Part shown: positions 48,354-59,495 of the stretch, one piece after another | Layout: each line of letters begins with the position of its first letter | Position numbering within the stretch: the stretch's first letter is position 1 | Origin: a virus | Lineage: Duplodnaviria > Caudoviricetes | IMG/VR virus record: IMGVR_UViG_3300028649_000004 | Location: 20,392 to 84,391 of that record | Strand: one strand, 5' to 3' | DNA: 64,000 nt | Notes under the pieces: generated by a model | What the model saw: only the letters and a program-made list of their open reading frames with translations | Database searches by the model: none | Told to the model about the DNA's origin: nothing | Made by a program: the position numbers and the translations under genes

Positions 48354-48566
48354 TTATAACTGCCCTTCTTTACTTTCTGATTCATTATTATTTATTTCTA
48401 CTTCTTCCTTACTATCAAAATCAACTCTTTTAAATTCTGCTATATCATTCATTAGTATTTCAGTACATAACATTACACACTCATTACAGACATCTATTCC
48501 ATTTTTAGCACTTATCATTCTCCTAACTTGTTTTTGACTCTTTCCACAAAAATCGCAATAATGCAT
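48354..48566 (-). CDS. Stand-alone ClpX C4-type zinc-finger protein
   Basis: [15 protein letters not shown]....[13 protein letters not shown]. Confidence 0.85.
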   Translation of the reverse strand: MHYCDFCGKSQKQVRRMISAKNGIDVCNECVMLCTEILMNDIAEFKRVDFDSKEEVEINNNESESKEGQL

Positions 48567-49738
48567 TTTAATTCCCTCTTTCTTATTTATTTTTAATTTA
48601 TTTATATTCTGTTAAAGTTCCTGATTTATCAAGACTTTTTATTTAATGTCTTCTCTATAAATCCTTAATGTTTCCTTGTTACTATTTATAACATCATAAG
48701 TTCCATCTAAATTAATTTTAACTATCTTAACAGTTAATTCTATATCATTATTTATAATTGTTATCATATCGCCTATTTTGTACATTAATTCATCATTCCT
48801 TTTTTATAATTATGTATTAAAATAAACGATTATTCTTGTTTAAACAACATCTGTCAAATAACTTTTCTTTTCTGCTTTCTTATACTTATAATTATTCTTT
48901 TAAAAATGAATTTCCAGTATTACTTAATCCTAATGCGTTATAATCTTCTCTAAGCTTACTTTGTGTCTCTTTTGTCATCTTATAACCATGATGACTATAG
49001 TTTCTCCATGTTAAAGTTTCTATTCTTAATGTCTTTTCATTAATAATCATTAGAAAACTACCAAATCTATATACTCTTACGTTTTCTTTTATATATCCTA
49101 ATTTTTCTGCGTTGTTTGCCATGGCAGTTAGTTTTAATTCTAATATATCTTTATCTAGATTCCTAAAATTACTTGCTTCTTTTCTATAGTGTTTTAGTGC
49201 TTCAATTGATAATGTTAGTTTATTCATTTCTATACACTCCTTTTGCTTGGTTAAATATTATTTTATCTATTAATTATAAATGTTTTAGTAATTTCAGTTT
49301 TTGTGCCTTTAGATAATATAAGTGTATGACTATCTCTTTTTATTCCTTTTATGCTCTTAATTTCATCCCAAAGGTATATCAATAACTCATTTGTTGCGTC
49401 AAATCCCTCATCTTCAACAAATCTAATTAAATCTACTTTTATTGTTTCGTCTATTGTAGAAATATAACATTTTAATGATTCTAATAATTCTTCTTTATTC
49501 ATTTTTATTAACTCCTTTATATATCTATTAATTTATTTAACTTATGAGTTAAGTATATCATAACTTTTATATCATTTCAACAAATTAATATAAATATAAC
49601 TAATTATTTTTTAATTTTAGATATAAAAAAAGGAACTGTATTCTACCACAATTCCTTTTAATTTAATAATTAGAAATTATATTTTTAATACACACACACA
49701 TACTACAACAAGGAGTCCATTTACCATCTTCTAATATA

Positions 49739-50710
49739 TTATTTATCTTTATCGATTCTTGATTTATTAACTAATTTAAATTTTCTTAACCTCATTTTAT
49801 CAATTTTATTATTCAACTTTTCTATTTCTAAATCTTTCTTATTACTTTCTGTGTTATATCCATCTTCCAATAATTTTAATTCTCTTCCTAAGACTTCTTT
49901 ATTCTCTGCTTTAATAGACATTATCTCTTTATCTTTCTTTTCTTCTAAAGCCTTAATATCTACCTTGTATACTTCAATAGATTTATTTTTATTTTCTATC
50001 TCAGCTTTATAAAAGGAAATCATTTCACTATCATTATTAATCTTATCCTGTAATTTTATAATTGTATTCTCTAAATTAATTTTATCTGTAGACAGTCTAT
50101 CATTATCTTTCTTTACTTGCTCCAATTCTTTTTCTATAATTTTGTATTGTTCTTTATATTCTTTATACTCTGATAAATTACTTAATAGCATATCATTCTT
50201 TTGCTTATATTCTTCTACTATTAACGTTTTATCTTTCAAATTATTTTCTAACTGCTCCATCTGTTTATCATTTTTTAATCTAATATTAGCTAATTCTAGT
50301 TTGTTACTATCATTTGTCTTTTGTAACACATCTATTTTAATGTAAACATCTTGTAATTCCTGTTTTTGTTCTGTAATCCTATTATCCTTAATTAATAGCA
50401 TATCTTTATATTTAGTTTTTAATTCTTCCAATTCTGTACTTTTGCCACTTAAAAAGCTATTCCCCTGTTCGCACATATTAATAAATATATTATAGATTCT
50501 TTGTGTTAGTTCTTGAAGTTCATCTGTATTTACTGCAAATATATTATTTTTCTTTACATTCTCTAATTCCATAAGACTTACAACCTTTTTAAAATACTCT
50601 TCTTGAGTTAGTCCCAAACTATCTAATTGCCTTTTAATATCTGCTTTTGTATCCTCTTTAAGCCTATAACTAGTTACTGTACTTTTATTTGATTCATTTT
50701 CATTGCTCAT
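49739..50710 (-). CDS. Coiled-coil protein with an RHH-like N-terminus
   Basis: TVTSYRLKEDTK..IK..L..LGLTQEEYF followed by long heptad-rich region; palindrome upstream at about 50736-50767. Confidence 0.55.
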   Translation of the reverse strand: MSNENESNKSTVTSYRLKEDTKADIKRQLDSLGLTQEEYFKKVVSLMELENVKKNNIFAVNTDELQELTQRIYNIFINMCEQGNSFLSGKSTELEELKTKYKDMLLIKDNRITEQKQELQDVYIKIDVLQKTNDSNKLELANIRLKNDKQMEQLENNLKDKTLIVEEYKQKNDMLLSNLSEYKEYKEQYKIIEKELEQVKKDNDRLSTDKINLENTIIKLQDKINNDSEMISFYKAEIENKNKSIEVYKVDIKALEEKKDKEIMSIKAENKEVLGRELKLLEDGYNTESNKKDLEIEKLNNKIDKMRLRKFKLVNKSRIDKDK

Positions 50711-51123
50711 GGTATCACCTCATAAATTGAATATGTACAACACGTTTATTATAGTAAACATGTTGTAATTACTTAATTTAAGTGTATACTTTATTTAGTT
50801 TATAGTCAATATAATTATATAATTTTGATATAAAAAATAAGACTAGATATTCTAGTCTTAAAATAAATTCTGTTAACATTTAGATTTTATTGTATCTCAC
50901 AATTGTTTCTTTCAACCCAATTATTTATTTCTTTACTTAATACATTATTCATGCTCATCACCTCAGCTATTTCTTCAATACCTTCCATATTTACTTTAAT
51001 TTCCGGTATTTTATCATTTTTACATACTCTTTTTTCTTCACTAACTTTTATTAAACCTTTTTCCCATGCTTCAACCATTTTTGAATCATTCATAATAATA
51101 CTTCCTTTCAACTCATATATTTT

Positions 51124-51236
51124 TATTATACTAAATTTTTCATATTATATGTAGCTATTTATTATTCTTTAATTATATTATACTAAATTTTTCATATTAT
51201 ATGTAGCTATTTATTATTCTTTAATTATATTATACT
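51124..51236. repeat. Perfect 52-bp tandem duplication
   Basis: Unit TATTATACTAAATTTTTCATATTATATGTAGCTATTTATTATTCTTTAATTA twice, plus a partial copy. Confidence 0.9.
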
Positions 51237-51739
51237 CTATTAATTTATTTATTTCAAGTACTTTCTTAACGAATTAATAAAATTATTTTCTTATAAAACA
51301 AGGATTTGATGGGAACTTTATCAAACAGTTCCCATCTCTATTAAGCAACTTTTAATATATCCTCGATTTCATTTATCGCATTCATAATAGATTCTGTTGT
51401 TACATTTATAACCATCCATGTACCATCATTTACTTTATTATATTCATATACAGTTCCATCTGAATTTATATCCGCACAATCTTTATTTAATTTTCCTAAT
51501 TGAACTATTGATTCACCAGTTGAATATCTTTTCATGAATACTTTTTCTAATTCTTCATTATGTGATAAAAGAGTAATATCTGCTAATTTTGATAAAGCTT
51601 TTTGGATTTCGCCTTGTTTTACTAATTCTTTAATCATTTCTAACTTCTTCATAATAATCAACCATCCTTTTTATGTAGCTTTAACTCCTCAATTGAGTGA
51701 GTAGCATTTATTAATTAATTTGTTTTATCTTATGTACTA

Positions 51740-51768
51740 ATTATAAGCTTTAATTTATTTTAAGTCAA
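51740..51768 (-). promoter_or_regulatory. sigmaA promoter
   Basis: TTGACT-N17-TATAAT. Confidence 0.7.
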
Positions 51769-51896
51769 TACTTTTTTAATAAATTAATGGAATTATTTTT
51801 CATAAAATAAGTTTTTTAATTGGTTGTTAAACAGGTGTTTCAAAAGAACCTGTTTTAAATAAAAGAACCCTATTCCTAGAGTCCTTAATTTATTAT

Positions 51897-52724
51897 TTAA
51901 TTTGTTAGATTGCTATACCAATTATTCATAAAAGTTTTTAACATAGATTCTTCTTTTATTCCTGCCATTAGTAACCCCGACATAAAATCTTCTGCTTTTG
52001 TAATCATATTTATTTCATTATCCTTATTGTTATTACTCAAATAGTCTCTAAGGTTGTCCTTTTCTTTTGCTCCTATGAGTGCCTTGTAGTCTTTACAATC
52101 TAATCCAAACAAAGTGTTATATATTATATTTGTAAATCCTCCATAGTATCTACCATTCTCAAAAGGTGAAGGATTAATTATTTTTTTGATTGTATCTGTT
52201 AATGACTTTCTAATATTAACACCATGCTTTCTTAGTATATAACTTTCAATTCTTTCATCAGTAACTCTCTTGACTTCCTCAGCCGTCATATTTTCCATTC
52301 CAGTTACATAGATTCCATGTTCTCTTAAATTAGGTAATACTATTGTTGCTAACCAATCTCTGAACTTTTTACCTTGCTCACTATCTGCTCTAAAACTCCA
52401 CAAGTATAATTCTGATTCAGATATTGTTAGTTCTTTTAATTTATTTCTTATCTCTTTTTTAATATCTTTATCTGCTTTTTTCAAATCCCAAGATGTTGGG
52501 ATTTTATCAATTGCTATTAAATCGTCGGTTACTTCTTCCCATCTTACAGTTGTTGACTCTCCACCTTCTTTTAATTTTTTAGTTTGAGTTATTCCCAAGG
52601 CTTTTGCACAATCCTCGACTTGTAATTGAACTGTATTATCTTTTGTTATGATATAGGTTATTGCATTATCTCCGTAATTAAATTTGTCTGAAAATCCTAT
52701 TTGAAATTCTTTTTCATTTTCCAT
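51897..52724 (-). CDS. BRO-N domain (antirepressor-like) protein
   Basis: DCAKALG...ISESELY...A.S..GKKFRDWLATIVLPNLREHGIY. Confidence 0.75.
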   Translation of the reverse strand: MENEKEFQIGFSDKFNYGDNAITYIITKDNTVQLQVEDCAKALGITQTKKLKEGGESTTVRWEEVTDDLIAIDKIPTSWDLKKADKDIKKEIRNKLKELTISESELYLWSFRADSEQGKKFRDWLATIVLPNLREHGIYVTGMENMTAEEVKRVTDERIESYILRKHGVNIRKSLTDTIKKIINPSPFENGRYYGGFTNIIYNTLFGLDCKDYKALIGAKEKDNLRDYLSNNNKDNEINMITKAEDFMSGLLMAGIKEESMLKTFMNNWYSNLTN

Positions 52725-55700
52725 TTATGTATCTCCTTCTTTTATTTAATTTGTTTAATTTATTGTACAAGTTTATTTTACTACTATACTTTACCAATTG
52801 CAAGACATATTTAATAAATTAATAAAACAACAATCATTTAAAACTGAGTATTTATAAGGATATAAAAAAAGAACTGAAATTAATCAGCTCATTTTATAAA
52901 TGTATATTCTTTATGAAAAATTTTCTACTTCTCCACTATGAACACATCTTGCAAAACATTGTGTTGTAAAACTTGCTTTTGGAATTTCATCAATATTATT
53001 TGTATCTTCTTCATATCTAAAATCTACGACATTAATATCTATAGCGAACTCAAAGTCAAAATCTCCTGCAACAAAACTTTGAATGTAATATCTTTTATTA
53101 TCTACATCAACATAAGTTATTAAGTCGCTTATATAATCGTATTTACTTCCATACTTTCTCATAATATTTTTTACTTTTGTTTTATAGCTCTTGTACTTTA
53201 TTTTTCCTTTTTCTAACTGTAAGTATACTTGCTTTACATCCATTAAAGCATATCTTCTAGCGGTTTTATAGTCCATAATATAACCTCACATTAAAATTCT
53301 TATACTTTATTGTATGTTGTAAATTCATATCTTACCACTACTTTTGTAACAAATTAATAAAATTATTTTAACTTAAAAGTTGACTTTTATTGTTATTTGA
53401 TATTAGTTATCATTTAAAAATGAGTAAAAAGAAAACTGGATTGCTCCAGCTTCTTGATATTATCTAAATACATTTTCAAAATTTAAATCTTTTCCGAACC
53501 CAAGTTTAACTGCATCACATAACCTATTATAAAAATCCATTTCTAAAAAGTGGTCATTTGGATGAATATAAGCTAAGTTATCTCTATTATCAATATAATT
53601 TTTATCCATATAGAATTTTGCTTCTTGAATTGTTCTTTTACCATTTAATACTTTATTATGTAATTTCCAGTAATCACCGTTCCATTGACTTATTATTTTT
53701 CCATTTATATCTTGCATGAATAACAACTCCCTTTAATGTTTTAATTTGTTTTAACCTATGAGTTTATTATATATCATAATTACAAACATTACAAGAACTA
53801 TTTTAATAAATTAATATAATGAAACAGCATTTAAAATTCTTATTTTATCAAGTCTTTAATACCATTTATAGTTCATTTAAGCAGTTATAATTCTATTATG
53901 ATATATTTATCCTTCAAGCTTTTAAAATGTATTTTAAGGCTATTCTAAGATTATATAGATAGAATCTATTGCAAATAGATAGAGAGTACAACTTATCTTT
54001 TAAAGTTATACTCTCTATCTATATAAACTGTATCATGGATTGTACTATATTAATTTATAATTGAAAATTATTATCAACTATATTTTTCTAACATTATAAT
54101 TATGCACACCACATGAAGTTCCGCCACAGTCATTCAGATAAACAAGAGTCCAACTACCTTCATCATTATGACCATGTTTTATTCTTGTAATCTCGCCTTG
54201 AATGCCACCTAACCAAAGATTACCTAAAAATTTTAATACTTCTATTTTATCTCCTACCTGAATCTCTTTTTTATCATAATCAATAGTTTTTTCTATCATT
54301 TTTTTACCACCTCTTATATTGATAATAATAAACTAGAAAATATGAAACTCTAGTTTATTCTCAATTCTAAAATTATATATTCGATTTATTATTTAGCTTC
54401 TCTTAGTTCGTTAAATATTTCTTCATATTTTTTAGGGTAAGTTCTCAATACAAACTCTTTATTATAATGTCCATTTAGCCATCCATGACTACTAATGTCA
54501 GTTCCTATTGATAGATTGTATATTTCAGTTCCTGTTGGATATAAACAATATGAGAATGAATAAAATTTATCTTCAATACTTTTATTTACAGTTCTCAATG
54601 TTACAAAATCTCTAGTTCCTGTTTCGCTTATTACTATTTTATCTAAAGATTCTGTAAATATTTTTATTCCTTCTTGTTTCTCTTGTCTTTCTATCTCTAT
54701 TATTCTTTGTAATTCTTCTCTGCTTCTCATATTAATCAACCACCCTTTAAATTATTTTTTATATGTATCTCTTATCTATGTACTAAGTATAGCATATATT
54801 AATTTATTTGTATATAGTATTTTAAAATAAATTAATAGAAAAATAATAATATTTAAAATTAATATTTTATAAAGTCTCTAGTGTTGTTTATAGCTTATTT
54901 AAGCGTGTTTTATACTACTATGGTATAATTTCCTTTAGGCTTTTAAAATGGATTCTGAGGCTTTAGAGTAATAAAAAAGAACTAGTATTTAACTAGTTCC
55001 ATTATTTTTGTAACATTAATCCTAAAAACTTTACTGCATATCTAGTTTGTTCTAATCCTTCGTCAAATAATTTTTTTAATGGTTCTACATCTACCCAAAA
55101 GAAAATATCAGATATTATTGAATATAGTTTCTTATAATCTTCTTGGCTCATCAATCCTTTATCTACATATTCACTTTCATATTTACTTGTAAACTGATTC
55201 ATCATTGCACATACATAATAATTTCTATTTTCTATATATTTAGTTTTATCCTTTTTGCAAGTTTTAGATAGTAAGTCAAGAAATTGACCTACTATACTTT
55301 TTGCATGAATATTAATTTCTAATTCACTCATTTTCAACCCTCCTATAATATTATACTAACACATAACCAAAATTTTTATAATACCAAATGCCTTTGCAAG
55401 TTTTATTATTTATTTCTTCAAGTTGTTCAGCATTAAATATTTGTTTGTCGCTTGATGTTAAATAATCTATCCCAACATATATTGGCTTTCTTAAAGCTCC
55501 TCTTTCTGTTTCTATACTAGAAGACCTTTGAATTTTTCCGTTCTCTGTTTCTTCATATTCTCCACCATGTACAAGATTTAAAAAGTGTTGATAGCTTGCT
55601 TTTGCTTCCTTCATGTTTTCTACTGATAAAAATTTATTCATCATAATTTATTCCTTCTTTCTTCTTATTAATTTATTTTTAACTTGTTTTATATGTATCT

Positions 55701-55807
55701 CTTCCATGTATTAATAATAACACATCTATTAATTTATTGCAATACTATTTTCAAACAAATTAACAAAAATATAAAAATATTTTTAGAAAGTATTTTTAAT
55801 TAGTTAT

Positions 55808-55855
55808 ATACTATATATAGTATTATAATTAATATCTAACCACAACATATAGATT
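55808..55855. promoter_or_regulatory. Tandem NrdR-box-like pair
   Basis: ATACTATATATAGTAT and CCACAACATATAGATT, starts 32 bp apart. Confidence 0.55.
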
Positions 55856-58182
55856 TACATTCATGTAAAACTTATGATTTATTGGGTTATTGATTGTCAT
55901 TTTCAATTAAATTAATATAAAAAGAGAACTGGAATTAATCCAGTTCTTCTAATAATTCTTTTAAATCTTTTGCATCATAGAACCTATCTTCTTGAATATC
56001 ATAATAATACTTGTATTCTGTTTCTAATTGTTTTATTTTTTCTTCTGTAGTAATCTTATTTTCTACAAGTTTATATTTATAACCTAGAGTTATAATTCCG
56101 TCATGATTTTGTTTTTCTATAAATACTTTATTAAATATTTCTATTGGTGTATCAGTAAGGATTCCATAGTAATTTTCAAAGTTTATCATTTTATACACTT
56201 CCTTTAATTTATTGATTCTGCCATATCCCTCATAAACGCTTCTAAGCTATTCCAATCACCATTAAATTCTTCACACATAACTTCTTCATCTGCACTATAG
56301 TCTTCAAATTCTCCTTCATATTCATATGCAGTAATAAAAATCACATTACTTTCACATTCATTCGTTGGAATATCACATTCCACTAATGTATTTCTACCAT
56401 TTTCATCTTGATAAATATATCTTGCTATTTGCTCAAAATTAACACCCTTTGTTTGTTTAGACTCATTTATAAATTCTTTTACTGATTTGATATCCAATTC
56501 TCTGCTTTCTGTATAAACCTCAAATAATTTTTTCATTTTAAAAACTCCTTTTTTTTGCTTTAACTCCCTATTAGGTGAGTAGCTTTTATTAATTAATTTG
56601 TTTTACTTCTTGATATTATAATACACCCTACACATATATAAGTCAATACTTTTTTGTTATTTTATTTTAATTTATTTAAACACTGTAACTATTGATAAAA
56701 TAATCATTTTATCAAGTCTCTAATGTCTTTTATCGCTTATTTTAGGGATTTAATCCTGTTGTGATATAGTTATTTAATTTGTTTCCAATAATTCATCAAT
56801 TAAATTTTTAAGATCATATATATCATGTTCATCAATTACCATGTCTTGACCTTTATATTTTAGTAAAATTTTATCATGATAAGCACCACATTTAAAATAT
56901 CTTTTCTTTATTGGTGTAGGTATAGTTGTATAGTTAAGACGTAATCCCTCACAATCTTGTATTAACTCCCTTGGATAATCTCCTATAAATTCTTTATCAG
57001 AAATATTTAACCCTGTAACTTCATTAATTGCAGTTCTTAAATAATAATCTGAACGTTTCTCGAACCAACAATTTTTATCGTCATAGCTCATTTATTTTTC
57101 ATTCCTTTCATACTTAAATTTATTAAATTACGCTAATTTATATCTATCTATAACTTGTAAAATATAAGCTTGATTTCTTCTAGAAAGTTTATATTCACCT
57201 TTTTCTAAATCTATTAAAGATTGTTCAATATCTACTTGATTCCTATAATCGTATGGATTAAATACAAAATCATTCGTACTACATATGCATTCTTCTAAAT
57301 CTAAAATAGAATAATAAGGTTTACCAAACAGAATTTTTACTATAATTATGTATCTTTCGTTTTTTGCTTTTATTGTATATCCCCGTTTTTCATTTCTCCA
57401 GTAAATTTTATCTCCTACTTTTAAATTTTTAAATTCGTTTAAACCATTTATCTCATTCATTTTACCATATCCTTTCATATTTAAAATATTTTTTTATATA
57501 ATGAAAAGCTACTATAAAGTAGCTCCTATATACTCAGTATTAATCATTTCAACTAAACTATTAACTGACATATCATTGCAATTATCATGTCTAATAACGG
57601 CATCTGGATTTAATCCCTGAACTAAATTGCTATCATTTAAATCATTTTCTTTTAAAAATATCCAACTTGGTTCATTACTAAACATAAATTTAAATTTATT
57701 ATCTATAATGACTAGGTAAAGGAAGCTATTGAGCTTCTTAGCTTCTTTACACTTATTTAATATAATATCCCTTGTAATCATCTTTAAGCCACCTCTAATT
57801 GGATAAATTGATCATCTCTATTGTGACTATCCTTATAAGATTCTTTTACACAATCCATAAAATATTGAGTGTCTTTCTTGTCTTCTGAATCCATTTCATA
57901 TTTATATTTAAAAATTCCTGCTCCTCTAGTTTCTACTATTCCAAAATTATCTTGAATATAAACTTTTACTATTCTGTTGTTTTCAATATCTTTAGATCTG
58001 CTTAAAATATCTTCTAGTTGTTTAGGTTTTAAAGCATTTAAATTATCTTCATTAAGTTGATCTCCATTTGGTATATAAGAATTTTCATTTCTCATAATTT
58101 CATTGATTAGATTTTCTTTTTGTAATTTTGTCATAATATTCAACCACCTTTGTTTCCTTAATTTGTTTTACTTGTTATATTT

Positions 58183-58238
58183 ATTATAGTCTATTAATTT
58201 ATTTAAGTCAATACTATTTAATAAATAAATTAATAGAA
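58183..58238 (-). promoter_or_regulatory. sigmaA promoter with operators in the spacer and upstream
   Basis: TTGACT-N17-TATAAT; CTATTAATTTATT in the spacer; AATAAATTAATAGAA at 58224-58238. Confidence 0.7.
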
Positions 58239-58267
58239 TTACAAAAAAAGATTTTCTATTAAACAAT

Positions 58268-58315
58268 ACACCATATATAGTATATACAACATTTATTAAA
58301 CACAATATATAGAAA
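58268..58315. promoter_or_regulatory. Tandem NrdR-box-like pair
   Basis: ACACCATATATAGTAT and ACACAATATATAGAAA, starts 32 bp apart. Confidence 0.6.
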
Positions 58316-58347
58316 TAAATTCAATTAAAATACTAACTTTATAGTAA

Positions 58348-59259
58348 TTATTTAGCTTGAATTACTTCATCATTCTGCGTAGTCACTGTTAAACTATCAT
58401 CTACTTTATAACTGTCATTATCTGCATAGAATGAATATAAATTATTATCTATTTTAATTACAACTAAATTATTTTGTTCTGGATAAGTAGCAACTACACT
58501 TGCTTTATATTCACCGTTTAACGCCTCATGTACGTCTTTAGATTCTAAGTCAAGTATTATTCTATCTCCTTTATTCCATTGCTCATGGTCTTCTATAGCA
58601 CGTTCAAAATTATATACTTTATTATTATATTCTGCTTGGATAAAATACTTATCAGAATTAATTACAGTTGCATTTACGTCTTGTGCCATTACTGGATTAG
58701 ATGTAGTTAATAATACTATAGTTGCTATTACAAATGATTTTACAAATGTCTTAACTTGTTTAACAGTATTATTAGGTTTAGTTGTTTTTGTGGTAGCTTG
58801 GTTTAATTCTTCTAATTTGAATGATAACCAGTCAAAGTCTTCTCTGTTTTCTACTTCTTGTGATAATTCTGTAAAGATTCTATCTGCTTCAATTTCTTCT
58901 TGAGTTCCCTCTATTGCGTTTCTAAAGTTTGCTTTTGCTTCTTGATATTTAATGTATAGTTGTTCATTTGATAAGGTTTTAATTGATTCTTCATTTGATT
59001 TATTATATTTTTTTAATAAATTTTCCACGAATTCTTTATTTGCTGGAGTATTTTCATTTATTTCTTCATTATTAATCATATCATGAACATCTAATTTCAT
59101 TTCACTTGCTTTTTTATCATCATATCCCATAATATTTTTCCATCTATCTATTTCTCTTTCAAAATTTAATAATATATCTAATTTACTTATTGGATATTCG
59201 TTCCATGCATAAGATTTAACTTTAAAATATTTATTTATTGTTGTTTTCATTTTAATCAT
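58348..59259 (-). CDS. Single-pass membrane phage protein
   Basis: Internal hydrophobic segment FVIATIVLLTTSNPVMA followed by a beta-rich domain. Confidence 0.6.
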   Translation of the reverse strand: MIKMKTTINKYFKVKSYAWNEYPISKLDILLNFEREIDRWKNIMGYDDKKASEMKLDVHDMINNEEINENTPANKEFVENLLKKYNKSNEESIKTLSNEQLYIKYQEAKANFRNAIEGTQEEIEADRIFTELSQEVENREDFDWLSFKLEELNQATTKTTKPNNTVKQVKTFVKSFVIATIVLLTTSNPVMAQDVNATVINSDKYFIQAEYNNKVYNFERAIEDHEQWNKGDRIILDLESKDVHEALNGEYKASVVATYPEQNNLVVIKIDNNLYSFYADNDSYKVDDSLTVTTQNDEVIQAK

Positions 59260-59436
59260 ACTCCTTAATTTAATTATTAAATATTTTTTATTTGCTTTAA
59301 TTTATTTAACTTGTCTGTTTTATATGTAAGTTACAACTTTTAACTATTTAAATTTTATACTTGAACTATCCTGCCACGCATTCTAGCTTGGAGACTTAAA
59401 AGGTTTTATTAAGTTGTAACCTTGTCTACATTTATA

Positions 59437-59478
59437 ATTATAAAGGATTGTTTTGTATTTGTCAATAAATTAATAGAA
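59437..59478 (-). promoter_or_regulatory. Consensus sigmaA promoter overlapped by an operator
   Basis: TTGACA-N17-TATAAT; AATAAATTAATAGAA at 59464-59478. Confidence 0.75.
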
Positions 59479-59495
59479 ATACTTTGAATTGTTTT

